DNA of 64,000 nucleotides from an uncultured Acidobacteriota bacterium (GCA_964506795.1 CAZDMR010000002.1:77809-141808); one strand, 5' to 3'. Positions 32,726 through 42,098 are shown, counted from the stretch's first letter. Program-made: numbers and translations. Notes: generated by a model not told the origin, from the letters alone.

Positions 32726-33349
32726 TTAACGTATACCCAAGAGCGCATCGATACGGGCCATATCCGCGCCGATAACAACGGTTCCGTTGATATCGGTTTG
32801 CGGGACCGCCATGCTTCCCGTGCGGCTGACGATTTCCTGCGCGGCATGCTGGTCGAGCGTCACATCCACTACTCGAAACGGGATCTGCTTTTTGCGCAGG
32901 TGCGCTTTTACCACCGCGCATGGAGGGCAGGTGGGGGAAGAGTAGATGGTTACGCGCAGCGGCGGGGCTTCGCTTCCGTCGGCGCGCTTCCGCGGCGCGC
33001 TTCCAAGAAGCATTTCGTAAATCTTCCTTTCCTGCAATCCCTCGATTCTCTTTATCAGGCGGCCGTTTTTCAGCGTTATCACGGCGGGAACGCTGGTAAT
33101 GCCGAAGTGTGGGTGAATGGCCGGATTTTTTGATGCGTTGACGGCCACAAGGGGAACATCGGCTTTTTGTTTCTTGATCTCGTTTAATATGGAAACGGCT
33201 TCTTTGCTTCGTTCAGAGGAGTCCGTGTAAAAGACAGCCGCAAGGAAAGAGCTGTTTTCCTTTTGCACGGCATCCCATTGCTGCATGTCGGCAATTTCAA
33301 TCAACTGATTTTGCGTTTCGGGCATTAAAGTCACTCCGTTTGCTTTCAT
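32726..33349 (-). CDS. thioredoxin-fold / glutaredoxin-like fusion protein (C-terminal CPPC redox site)
   Basis: N-terminal Trx-like domain lacking CxxC, C-terminal glutaredoxin/NrdH-like domain with TCPPC active site. Confidence 0.55.
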   Translation of the reverse strand: MKANGVTLMPETQNQLIEIADMQQWDAVQKENSSFLAAVFYTDSSERSKEAVSILNEIKKQKADVPLVAVNASKNPAIHPHFGITSVPAVITLKNGRLIKRIEGLQERKIYEMLLGSAPRKRADGSEAPPLRVTIYSSPTCPPCAVVKAHLRKKQIPFRVVDVTLDQHAAQEIVSRTGSMAVPQTDINGTVVIGADMARIDALLGIR

Positions 33350-33764
33350 AATATCTTTTATCGCCGGGCGCGGTAGACTTTGTTCTCTGGAATGCCCGCG
33401 CCGGAGATATCACCAAAAATCCGAGCCTTTATATAGGATCGTCGTAACGGCATGGCAAATAACGTCGGTGCTTTTTCAAAATCTCCTTCCCTTTGGGATC
33501 GACAACTGAGAATGCGCCGCTTTCATCGTAGATCTTCGGGCATTCGGTTTTTTGAGATTTTATAACTGCGGGAACGCCGGCGCAGTTCTTCCGTCAAGGG
33601 ATCCTGCTGCAGTCCATAGGCTTTATAGAGCAGCCCGCCTGCACTGCGGCTGCTCACTGTAGATGTCACAAAACGCTGCATTTGGATAGTGCCGAGAACA
33701 AATAACCCAGTAGAATAAATAAGCCGATGGGAAAAAACAAGCCTTGTTTTTTGGATTGTCAAAC

Positions 33765-33807
33765 CTCGATAGAAATGTCCCCTTGCTTAGCTCGATAGAA
33801 ATGTCCC
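33765..33807. promoter_or_regulatory. tandem 17-bp direct repeat (ctcgatagaaatgtccc x2, 26-bp period) in a long divergent intergenic region
   Basis: Seen in sequence at 33765-33782 and 33791-33807; plus a perfect palindrome aaaaaacaag-c-cttgtttttt at 33732-33752. Confidence 0.4.
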
Positions 33808-34052
33808 TTTTCCATATTTGTCTCTACTGTTGCTTGTGATCTTTGGACCGGCCTTGGGGAGAAGCGGAAGCCCGGACCGAAGTGCTTTTAAGCCTTTGGC
33901 GATTGTGTGTACCCGGGGGCCGTCTTTTACGGTATGCTCGTTTAGGTTGCCCGCGGCGAGCGGCATCACCTTCCTGTACGATGCCGGAATCGTGCGGCGC
34001 TGGGCGCAAGGGGGAATTCAACGCCGGAAGTGCGGATAAGGAGAAAAGGCAG

Positions 34053-34778
34053 ATGAAGCAGGTCGATCGGGGCGCCGCCGGGAAACTGCGCGGCCGGCGG
34101 CGAAGCGCTATAGTTGCCGCGGCTCTGGCGGCGGCCGGTATTGCCTTCCTGTATGACGCCGGAGCCGGGGGAGGCTCGGCGGCCGCCGCTTCGCCGGCGC
34201 TTTCTCAGGCTTCGGAAAGCACAGCCGCGGCGCAGCCGCAACCCCATCCTCTTGAAAGCGACTCTTATTACAAGTATTGCACAAGGTGCCACGGCGCCGG
34301 CAAAATGAAGCCCTTTCCGGATAGCCACTTGGGATATAGCGAAGCAAGCTGCTTAAACTGCCATTCGAAGGAAGCCGCCGTGCAAACAAACCGCTTAGAC
34401 GAGGAAACGCAACCGCCCGCAAGCGCTGAACCGATTCCGCATTCCATCGAAGACGCTGCTTACAGGGATTGTGCAATGTGCCACAACACCAGGGGCGAGA
34501 AGCCGTTTCCGGCCGATCATGCGCGCTTGGTAATGGAGGGCTGCATCGGCTGTCACAAGCCCGGTCCCCCGCCGCAAGGCGGCGAGTCCGGGGGACTGGA
34601 GGCGCCAAGCGGCCATGCTGAACCGATTCCTCACTCCATCGAGGACGCCGCCTATCGGAATTGTACGATGTGCCACGGCGCGGGAAAGATGAAGCCGTTC
34701 CCGCCGAATCATCTTAATTATTCGATGGAGAACTGCACGGATTGCCATGCGGGCCCTGCGCGCGGCGGACTGAGATGA
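34053..34778 (+). CDS. membrane-anchored hexaheme c-type cytochrome built from three diheme repeats
   Basis: Six CxxCH motifs (CTRCH, CLNCH, CAMCH, CIGCH, CTMCH, CTDCH) in three repeats each with KPFPxxH (extra His for bis-His ligation); N-terminal TM helix; RBS AAGGAG at 34039-34044; start at the ATG at 34053. Confidence 0.8.
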   Translation: MKQVDRGAAGKLRGRRRSAIVAAALAAAGIAFLYDAGAGGGSAAAASPALSQASESTAAAQPQPHPLESDSYYKYCTRCHGAGKMKPFPDSHLGYSEASCLNCHSKEAAVQTNRLDEETQPPASAEPIPHSIEDAAYRDCAMCHNTRGEKPFPADHARLVMEGCIGCHKPGPPPQGGESGGLEAPSGHAEPIPHSIEDAAYRNCTMCHGAGKMKPFPPNHLNYSMENCTDCHAGPARGGLR

Positions 34779-34804
34779 TTTCAGGCTGCGTCCGGAGGCT
34801 GCGC

Positions 34805-35518
34805 CTATTTCCAAGAAGAGAGGCCGCAGTCGGCTGAGAGGAATTTCTCTGCAATCTCATGCCAGTTATCGGGGTAGAGGATTCTTGCGATTCCGAGCAG
34901 GGGGACCGCTTGAAAAATATCCACCGAGGAATCTCCCGCGCTGCGGCCGAGGGCGTCGGCCGTTTCCTTCATCCAGACTGCGGCCCGATTTCCCGACATA
35001 AGATTCTTCAGGATAGCGTCCATATTCGGAACTCTGACCGTTATCAGCCAGCCGTTTCCATAAGGGTCCCGGTTGACGAGAGAAGGATTTCGGACCGCTT
35101 CGTCGTTGACGGCGATTACCTCTCCCTCCACCGGAGACAGGATTCCGATCGCCTTGGAGTCGACCAGAAGTTTCCATCCTATTTCGCCCGGCGTCATCCG
35201 AGTGCCGATCCGGGGCAGATCAATGGCGCACGGCCGGCCGAGCAGCTGCTGGGTAAAGTCATCGACCCCGATGCGGACCACGTCATGCTTTTCAGGCAAA
35301 ACCCAGGTATGGCAGGGGTGGTAGAGGAACCCCTCGGCCAGGCGGAACCGGGAATTCAACAGGTAGCCGGATTTAACCGGAGCCGGAGCGGAGGCCGCCG
35401 GCTTTTTAGGCGGATATAAAATCCTCCAGAAGAAGATCAGCGTCAAAAGAAAGCCGACCGCGAAAATGTATTCGACTCCTTTCGTGGCGAAAATATCCAA
35501 GGGCGGGGTTCCCATCAA
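34805..35518 (-). CDS. membrane-anchored glycine-cleavage H-protein-like (lipoyl-carrier fold) protein
   Basis: After one N-terminal TM helix, residues ~60-175 align to GcvH landmarks (HTWV, IGVDDFTQQLLG, DLPRIG, LVDSKAIGILSPVEGEVIAVNDEAV.NP.LVNRDPYGNGWL); C-terminal extension of unknown function. Confidence 0.6.
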   Translation of the reverse strand: MMGTPPLDIFATKGVEYIFAVGFLLTLIFFWRILYPPKKPAASAPAPVKSGYLLNSRFRLAEGFLYHPCHTWVLPEKHDVVRIGVDDFTQQLLGRPCAIDLPRIGTRMTPGEIGWKLLVDSKAIGILSPVEGEVIAVNDEAVRNPSLVNRDPYGNGWLITVRVPNMDAILKNLMSGNRAAVWMKETADALGRSAGDSSVDIFQAVPLLGIARILYPDNWHEIAEKFLSADCGLSSWK

Positions 35519-35560
35519 ACGAGTTCCTTCCTCATTGCGGCATCTTAATTTGCGGGCGCA

Positions 35561-36805
35561 TTAATGCGATTGCGCATCCTGCTCGACCGCCCACGCGGGC
35601 GGCCTGTTTAAAACAGGCATCCTTTTTATAAACCATCGAAACACCCATATCTCGGCGAAGATAATGGCAAGCGTGATTTCAACCTCCATCCATGAAGGAT
35701 AGTACCGTGCCGGAGCGTCCCACTTGAAAGCGATAACAGTGATGTTGAGCCGGTTCAGGATGATTCCGACGATTGTCATGACTGCTGCGGCGCGGACCCA
35801 TATCGAGCTTCTCCGCTTCATCCCCAGCATAAAAAGGACGAAGGGGACGAGGACGAATCCCAGCAGCTCGACCAAGTACCACCCAAACATCGGGCTGCCG
35901 AAATAGGCCGCGCGCTTTTCGTGGATGAACGCAAGCGCCTGCAGAAACAGATATAAGAACATCGCGCCGGCGCATAACCTGGCCAGGTCAAACAGGAGGG
36001 CATGGTGCGATTTTCGATCCTCAGGGCTGATGCGATCGGCGAATACCCGGTGGTTGATGGATCCTTCAAAAATAATCAGCGATAGTCCGGCAAAGATGCT
36101 GGAGACAAAAAACAAAAGAGGAATGAACTCTGAATACCAAAGGGGATGGATTTTTTCCTTGGCTATCAGGAAGAGCGCGCCCAAACCGGATTGATGAAGG
36201 GTAGACAGAGTAATTCCGAAAACCACAGCTCCGAGCGTCATTCCGGTCAGGATTTTTCTCGCCCGCCGCAATCCAAGCCACTCCGCGATGGCGGGGGAAA
36301 ATTCTATCAGCTCGGCGATCATGTAAAGCAGAAAGTGCCAGGCGACCAGAAACAGAACCGAGCTCACGCCGAAGGACCGCCCGATAATCGGATTGATGAC
36401 GTTCCAGGGGCGGCCCAGGTCGAGCAGAAGCGCCCCGGCATAAAAGACATACGCCAGGAAGCCGTTGAGAACAGTGATCCTGATCAGTACTTGATATTTC
36501 CTGAGCTTGAGAATGTAGACCATAAAGGTCAATACGTAGGCGCCTCCGGCGAATGCGACTCCCGCAACGACGTCAAAGCCGATCCAGAGCCCCCAGGGAA
36601 AATCCTGCGAAAGATTTGTAACGGCGCCCAGCCCCTTCGCAAACCGGATAAATACCAAGACCGCCCCGAGCAGGATGACCGGAATGGAAATAATGTTGAA
36701 GGGGGTCAGCCATCTCCCTTTGGGCTTTAGTTCGCCGAGAACGAACCTGAGTGAGCGGCCGATTTTTTCTTCTGTCTGAGTTTGCGGTTCTATTGCGCCT
36801 GCCAA
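35561..36805 (-). CDS. NrfD/PsrC-family polytopic membrane quinone-interacting subunit
   Basis: 414 aa, ~10 predicted TM helices, typical NrfD/HybB/DsrP-like hydrophobic profile; immediately downstream of a Tat FeS subunit. Confidence 0.7.
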   Translation of the reverse strand: MAGAIEPQTQTEEKIGRSLRFVLGELKPKGRWLTPFNIISIPVILLGAVLVFIRFAKGLGAVTNLSQDFPWGLWIGFDVVAGVAFAGGAYVLTFMVYILKLRKYQVLIRITVLNGFLAYVFYAGALLLDLGRPWNVINPIIGRSFGVSSVLFLVAWHFLLYMIAELIEFSPAIAEWLGLRRARKILTGMTLGAVVFGITLSTLHQSGLGALFLIAKEKIHPLWYSEFIPLLFFVSSIFAGLSLIIFEGSINHRVFADRISPEDRKSHHALLFDLARLCAGAMFLYLFLQALAFIHEKRAAYFGSPMFGWYLVELLGFVLVPFVLFMLGMKRRSSIWVRAAAVMTIVGIILNRLNITVIAFKWDAPARYYPSWMEVEITLAIIFAEIWVFRWFIKRMPVLNRPPAWAVEQDAQSH

Positions 36806-36835
36806 CCTTGTACCTCCATACGGGGCGGCTTTCTT

Positions 36836-37672
36836 TTATTCGGATTCTGCGGCCTTATTGAGCGCAAGCAGCATGGCAGGCCAGAGAAGAAGAACGACGG
36901 GAACAGCATAGAGAAACTGCTTCGTATACTCCGGGTAAGACGTGGTTCCGAGATTGGTTTTGAAACCTAGCTCTTCGATGGGAACGGGGGATATATACAG
37001 CCAGCCTGTGCCGCCGACCTCATGCTCCCCATATATGTGCCTGGAGAATTCTTCCGGATGTTCGTAAATGCGCTTCCGGGCGATTTCAATTAAATCGCTT
37101 CGCTTGCCGAAAACAATGACCTTGGCCGGACAAGCCTCCACGCATGCCGGCTGCTTTCCTTCCAGAAGCCGATCCCGGCACAGGTCGCATTTCCGGATTT
37201 CCGGAATCGCTTGGTGGTATTCGAATTTAGGTATGTCGAAGGGGCAGGCGACCATGCAATACCGGCAGCCCATGCACTTGGCCGCATCCCAGACCACGGC
37301 GCCTTCCTCGGTTTTATGCATCGCCTTGGTCAGACACGCGGCCACGCAGGCAGGCTGGGCGCAATGCATGCACTGCTTTTTGGCGAAAAACTCGGTTCCG
37401 CGGGTCTTGTATCGATTGATCACCATCAATTGCGACTCCGTGGTCGTGCGCGGCTGTTCAAAAACCGCCTCTCCGCCCGAAGGTGGGGGGGGGAGTCCAT
37501 GCGCCTCGGCGCACGCCTCTTCGCACTTCCGGCAGCCCACACACCGGGTTTCGTCGACTAGAACCCCGACGGAGTCGCCTTTGGCGCCGTCTTCCGCGGC
37601 GTCTGCGGTTCGATCCATCAAGATGAACGCGCCCGCAGAGCCCATCGCTTTTAGAAATTTTCTTCTGTCCAT
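36836..37672 (-). CDS. Tat-exported 4Fe-4S ferredoxin subunit (NrfC/HybA/PsrB-like) with C-terminal TM anchor
   Basis: Twin-arginine motif DRRKFLKAMGSAGAF; four Cys clusters (CVGCRKCEEAC, CMHCAQPACVAAC, CMGCRYCMVACP, CDLC...CVEACP); hydrophobic C-terminus; start at Met29 of the ORF-track translation. Confidence 0.8.
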   Translation of the reverse strand: MDRRKFLKAMGSAGAFILMDRTADAAEDGAKGDSVGVLVDETRCVGCRKCEEACAEAHGLPPPPSGGEAVFEQPRTTTESQLMVINRYKTRGTEFFAKKQCMHCAQPACVAACLTKAMHKTEEGAVVWDAAKCMGCRYCMVACPFDIPKFEYHQAIPEIRKCDLCRDRLLEGKQPACVEACPAKVIVFGKRSDLIEIARKRIYEHPEEFSRHIYGEHEVGGTGWLYISPVPIEELGFKTNLGTTSYPEYTKQFLYAVPVVLLLWPAMLLALNKAAESE

Positions 37673-37859
37673 TTTTGCGATTCCAGGTTTTGCATTGGGG
37701 GGCGATCCAACTTGCCCGAGCCAGAGCGTCAAGCACGGGCGGCTGTGCGACTGCACATAAAATATATATCAGTCTTTCATCGATTCCTCAATGGCCGCCG
37801 TAGCGCATTTTGACGCCCGTGCGCGGATCGAAGCGTTTAGTGCGAAGCCCGGCGGCCGC

Positions 37860-39431
37860 TCAACGGCAGCGGTAGATATCCATGCCGGCGACGTTTGTTT
37901 CCAGCCGGCAATGTTCATAAATAAAGCCGCGGAGAATGGGATAATTTTTTATCGGATAGCGGCCGAAATCGTGGTAATCGCCGGGAGAAGTATCCACAAT
38001 CAATTCGGGCGGACGGCGGCCAAGATCTTTCTCGAGCATCGGCCAGGCTTCCGGCACAGCGCGCCAGGCGATGTCGGCGCGGTCCTTTTCGTCGGGATCG
38101 CTCCCCTTTTTGTAGCTCGTGTGAATCTGCGTATTGACAAACCGCGTGGCCGGAGTGCGCTCGGAATAAACGTAGACGGGCGTAAACCACCCCCAGACAA
38201 AAATCTTATCCTCCGGACGGGTATGGTTTTTAATGTATTCGGTTGCAGGCCTGAAATCGGGCTTTATTCCCCCCCAGGTGTCGGTTGCCGCCTCGAAGGA
38301 TATCGCCATGCCGGTAAAAATAACGCCGGGCAGCAGGGTCAATGCGAGAGTGGAATAACGCCAGATTTTTATGCGGCCTTCTCCCTTTGCATGGAAACGG
38401 TTTCCGGCAAAAAGGGCAGCCATCAGGCTCAAGGAAGGAAGAACCTGGATAAAATAATGGCCGAACATCCGGTTTCCGGCCATCGTGGCGCACAAGCTGC
38501 CCGCAAACCAAAGAATGACGAATAATGAAAACTCGGATTGCGGGGATTCCGGGGGACGGCGCAATCCGGCCAGGACTCGTTTCATCCATAGGATTGCGAG
38601 CAGCCAAAGAATAACGGTCGATAAAACGAACGGTATGAACTCGGCGGTAATCTGCGAAAAGAAGTTCAGGCTTTCGATGCCTGCGCTGATATAGCGCCTT
38701 GGATATGTGATATTCCAGAATATCCAGTCGCCGAGAATTCCCTTATTGTAGAAAAGAAGCGCGACGGCGCCGCTCGGAAGAAGGAACCCTATCCCGAAAC
38801 AGGCGAAGGAAGCGGCGGAACGCCGGATCTCTTTCCCGCCTCTGAACAGCGGGACCGCAATAAAGAGCCAGGCGAACACGACAATGATCTCGATCGCTCC
38901 GACCTGCTTGAAAAGCGGAGAGATTCCGGAAACCAGCCCCGATATGAAATAGAAGCGCCGTTTGTTCTCCATAAAGGCATGCCATAAAAGCAGGACGGCG
39001 AGAGAGTAGGGCAAAGCCATGAATATTTCCGTATTTGCCGCGATCATTTTGGGGTATAGCGCGGCCGTGAATGTCATATAGAAAAATAAGGCGTAGAGCG
39101 CGGATTTTTTGCCGCCCATACGATAGGCCAGAATGCTCAGAAGGATGCCGCTGCAGAGAGTCCAAATCAGCGTGACCAGATGAACCGCAGCCATGTTGTA
39201 TTTGCCGAAGAGATAAAACGTCCATAGATAAACATAAAAAATACCGGGCGGTTTGTTCTCGACCGCATCGAGGTATGGCAAGCCGCCGTCCATCAGGATT
39301 GCCGCGATGGCGGCGTAGCATCCTTCATCTATATCCTGCAAGGTATGGAAGAGGTAAGGGATTCGCAGAAGGAATCCGAACAGGACAATGAGGGCGATAA
39401 TTCGGTAAGTGTTCTTTTGCAATTTTTGCAT
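37860..39431 (-). CDS. GT-C fold membrane glycosyltransferase (ArnT/PMT family 39/83-like)
   Basis: 523 aa, >10 TM helices, N-terminal loop with acidic DE motif (QDIDEGCY), family-39-like profile. Confidence 0.65.
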   Translation of the reverse strand: MQKLQKNTYRIIALIVLFGFLLRIPYLFHTLQDIDEGCYAAIAAILMDGGLPYLDAVENKPPGIFYVYLWTFYLFGKYNMAAVHLVTLIWTLCSGILLSILAYRMGGKKSALYALFFYMTFTAALYPKMIAANTEIFMALPYSLAVLLLWHAFMENKRRFYFISGLVSGISPLFKQVGAIEIIVVFAWLFIAVPLFRGGKEIRRSAASFACFGIGFLLPSGAVALLFYNKGILGDWIFWNITYPRRYISAGIESLNFFSQITAEFIPFVLSTVILWLLAILWMKRVLAGLRRPPESPQSEFSLFVILWFAGSLCATMAGNRMFGHYFIQVLPSLSLMAALFAGNRFHAKGEGRIKIWRYSTLALTLLPGVIFTGMAISFEAATDTWGGIKPDFRPATEYIKNHTRPEDKIFVWGWFTPVYVYSERTPATRFVNTQIHTSYKKGSDPDEKDRADIAWRAVPEAWPMLEKDLGRRPPELIVDTSPGDYHDFGRYPIKNYPILRGFIYEHCRLETNVAGMDIYRCR

Positions 39432-39529
39432 TAAATAAGGCGAAACGACGAATTTCCGGAAAGCCGAAAATTAAATATAGCAGAGGCCGCCGCAAAATCG
39501 TGAAATTTGAGGTTTTCGTTTAATGGATT

Positions 39530-41218
39530 TTATTGGTATCTGCGGCTGATGCCGAGTTTTTTCATCCGCGCTTGAAGCGTGGTCCTTTTCAGCCCCAGGC
39601 GGCGGGCGGCGCCGCGCGGCCCCGAGACCAGCCCTTTCGCTTCCGTCAATGCCTGCATAATTTTCCGGCGTTCTTCCTCTGTTCTGTTTTTTGAGATCGG
39701 CGGCGAATAGGAAGCGGATCCGATCAGTTCGGGCATGGCCAGGTTCAGAGTCCGCCCCCGTGAAAGGACGACCGAGCGCTCAAGAATGTTTTGCAGCTCT
39801 CGAATGTTTCCAGGCCATTCGTATCGGGAAAGAATCGCCATGTTTTCGGCGGAGATTGAATCGATTTTGCGCCCCATCCGCTGGGCGTATTTTTGAGTGA
39901 AATAGCGGGTCAGGAGCGGGATGTCCTCCCGGCGCTCCCGCAGCGGCGGCACGATCAGCGGGAAAACATGCAGGCGGTAATAGAGATCGCTCCTAAAGGC
40001 GCCGGCATCCACCATCGCTTTGAGGTCCCGATTGCTGGCGGCTATAAAACGGACGTCCACCTTAATCGTTCGGTTGCCGCCCAGCCTTTCAAACTCCTGC
40101 TCTTGAATGGCGCGCAGCAGCTTGGATTGAAGGTCCAGTGGGATCTCGCCGATTTCGTCCAGAAAGAGCGTGCCCTGGTCGGCCAATTCAAAACGGCCGA
40201 TTCTTTGTGCCAGCGCCCCCGTGAAAGCGCCTTTTTCATGTCCGAAAAGCTCGCTTTCCAGAAGGCTGGATGGGATGGCGGCGCAGTTGACCTTAACGAA
40301 GCTGTGCCGGCTGCGCTGGCTTTGCTGATGGATAGCCCGGGCGACCAGCTCCTTGCCGGTGCCGGTTTCTCCCAGTATTAATACAGTCGCATTGGTAGGT
40401 CCGACAATCTGAATATTTTTCAGCACCGCCTGGAACGCGGGCGATTCTCCCAGCATCTCGCCGAGATTCCGGTCGGAGCGAATTTCGTCTTCCAGATAGA
40501 GCTTTTCAACGGCCAGCCTTTCCTTCATTTCGGCCAATTGGCGGTAGGAGAGCGAATTCTCAAGCGCGATTGCGATTTGGCGTGCTACCAGCACAAGCAG
40601 GTCGACGTCGTCTTGGCTGAATTCCTTGCGGTTCATCCTCCCCAGCTCCAGGGTTCCTAGCTTTGAGTTATGCGTCAGCAGAGGTATGGAGCATGAAGAG
40701 CGGAAGCCGATTTCCACCCAGCGCTTGTAGATCGGGGAGGGAAAACGTCCGAAGTCCGGCTCGGCAATCAGCACCGGCTTTCCGGTTGCGAGCGCTTCCG
40801 CCGAGGGCAGCCCTTCCGGATCAACGCGCATCATTTCCGGATCCTTTTGCAGGGGGCCGGAAATATAAATGCTGCTTAGCATGAGTTCTTTGGCGTTGCC
40901 GTCGAGGAGCGTGAGCACCGCAATATCGGTGGCTACGACTTTGCTGAGTTGTTCGGAAAGCGCCGGCAAAAGTTCTTCCGGGGAAAGCTTCGACACCAAC
41001 GCGTTCGTTATATCAAACAATGTTTGCAGCCGGTCGCGCTGCTGAAGATATTGCTGCCTGGTAAGATACGACTCTATGGTGACGCTTAATTCAGAGGCGA
41101 CTCTGTAGACAAAATCCATTTCATCGCGGCTTGCGGGGGGATTTGAGACAAATGCAAACGCCAGAACTCCCAGGCGATGATTCCCCGTTGTCAGAGGCAC
41201 GAGAAAAATGGAAGACAA
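39530..41218 (-). CDS. sigma-54-dependent transcriptional activator (GAF sensor - AAA+ - Fis HTH); upstream reading frame continues through an in-frame TAG
   Basis: AAA+ sigma-54 interaction motifs [36 protein letters not shown]; C-terminal HTH; the listed start is a TTG; the same frame is open upstream to a TAG at 41309-41311. Confidence 0.85.
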   Translation of the reverse strand: MSSIFLVPLTTGNHRLGVLAFAFVSNPPASRDEMDFVYRVASELSVTIESYLTRQQYLQQRDRLQTLFDITNALVSKLSPEELLPALSEQLSKVVATDIAVLTLLDGNAKELMLSSIYISGPLQKDPEMMRVDPEGLPSAEALATGKPVLIAEPDFGRFPSPIYKRWVEIGFRSSCSIPLLTHNSKLGTLELGRMNRKEFSQDDVDLLVLVARQIAIALENSLSYRQLAEMKERLAVEKLYLEDEIRSDRNLGEMLGESPAFQAVLKNIQIVGPTNATVLILGETGTGKELVARAIHQQSQRSRHSFVKVNCAAIPSSLLESELFGHEKGAFTGALAQRIGRFELADQGTLFLDEIGEIPLDLQSKLLRAIQEQEFERLGGNRTIKVDVRFIAASNRDLKAMVDAGAFRSDLYYRLHVFPLIVPPLRERREDIPLLTRYFTQKYAQRMGRKIDSISAENMAILSRYEWPGNIRELQNILERSVVLSRGRTLNLAMPELIGSASYSPPISKNRTEEERRKIMQALTEAKGLVSGPRGAARRLGLKRTTLQARMKKLGISRRYQ

Positions 41219-41308
41219 GGCCCGTTCACGGCTGGCCTTAAGAAATTCGTGCCAGCGCGTTTCGCTCTTGAGGTCGGCTATAAACAGAGGCTCCTGATTC
41301 GTCCAAAC

Positions 41309-41575
41309 CTAGCCGGCGGGATTGTTCTCGATCGGAAAAGACAGATCGAAGTTTTCCTCATAGATTATCTTGTCCGAGGCCAGACCGTGCATCCGGAGAG
41401 AGTTGTTGGAATCGTCGTGCAGCAAAAGAACCAGGTAATCGAAGCGGACAATGCGTTTGAGCGATTTTGCCAACGCCCGGCAAAGGCCTCCCAGGTCGTG
41501 GTGCCCGGAAATGGATTGGGAGAGTTCAAACAATGCCTCGTAAAGCTTTGACTTATCGGCGCTCACGCTATTCAT
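41309..41575 (-). other. N-terminal GAF-domain fragment of the sigma-54 activator, separated from the main ORF by a single in-frame TAG (possible pseudogene, sequencing error or split gene)
   Basis: 88-aa ORF (LYEALFELSQSISGHHDLGGLCRALAKSLKRIVRFDYLVLLL) is GAF-like and in the same frame as 39530..41218; the translation continues ...[28 protein letters not shown]... as a contiguous GAF fold. Confidence 0.6.
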
Positions 41576-41801
41576 GTTACACCATTGGCGCAGGGCCCTT
41601 AGATATATAAAGAGCGCAGCCGGTCTCCGGCAAGTTTTTTCGGCAGGGGACGAAATTCCGGGGCCCGCCGCCTTGCCGCGAAAGACCTGTGGCTGAGCCG
41701 GATTAAACTATTGCCACGAAAGTGTTTCCCATGGCTGTGAGATCGTTGTTAAATGCGTTTCGCTTCCGGCTTCCATATCCCGGCTGTTTTTTAGCGGAAT
41801 A

Positions 41802-42098
41802 TCAGGACGCGGTCGTTGCCTTGTTGGAGGCCCGGCTGGAGGATAAACTCTTTATTATGTGGCGCGAGTAAATCCCCTCTGCGCGGAATTTAGCCTTTGT
41901 CTTAGAAAGGCGTTTGAGAAAAGCATGCCCTTCATTATCAATTTCAGTTACGTTTTTTATAAATACAATGACTTCGACGTCCATAGAAAGAGCTTCCATA
42001 CAAGCGGTCTCTGCCAATCCGACGCCCTCGTCTTTGAGATCTCCCTCGATGACTATTGATATATTGTGCGAATTGCAGTTCTGGGTTAGACGAAGCAT
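41802..42098 (-). CDS. STAS-domain protein (anti-sigma-factor antagonist-like)
   Basis: ~100 aa with ISIVIEGDL...VEVIVFIKNVTEIDNEGHAFLKRL pattern reminiscent of SpoIIAA/STAS; weak. Confidence 0.4.
   Translation of the reverse strand: MLRLTQNCNSHNISIVIEGDLKDEGVGLAETACMEALSMDVEVIVFIKNVTEIDNEGHAFLKRLSKTKAKFRAEGIYSRHIIKSLSSSRASNKATTAS

Noticed and set aside
33523-33762. 79-aa ORF in the long intergenic region
   Set aside because: TTG start lies inside a perfect palindrome, there is no RBS and no recognisable protein features. The region looks regulatory or non-coding.
41309-41311. Possibility that the in-frame TAG in the sigma-54 regulator encodes pyrrolysine (a corrinoid protein gene is nearby)
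   Set aside because: TAG terminates gyrB in this same window. No pylTSBCD or methylamine methyltransferase genes are present. A sigma-54 activator is not a known Pyl protein. Nonsense mutation or sequencing error is far more likely.
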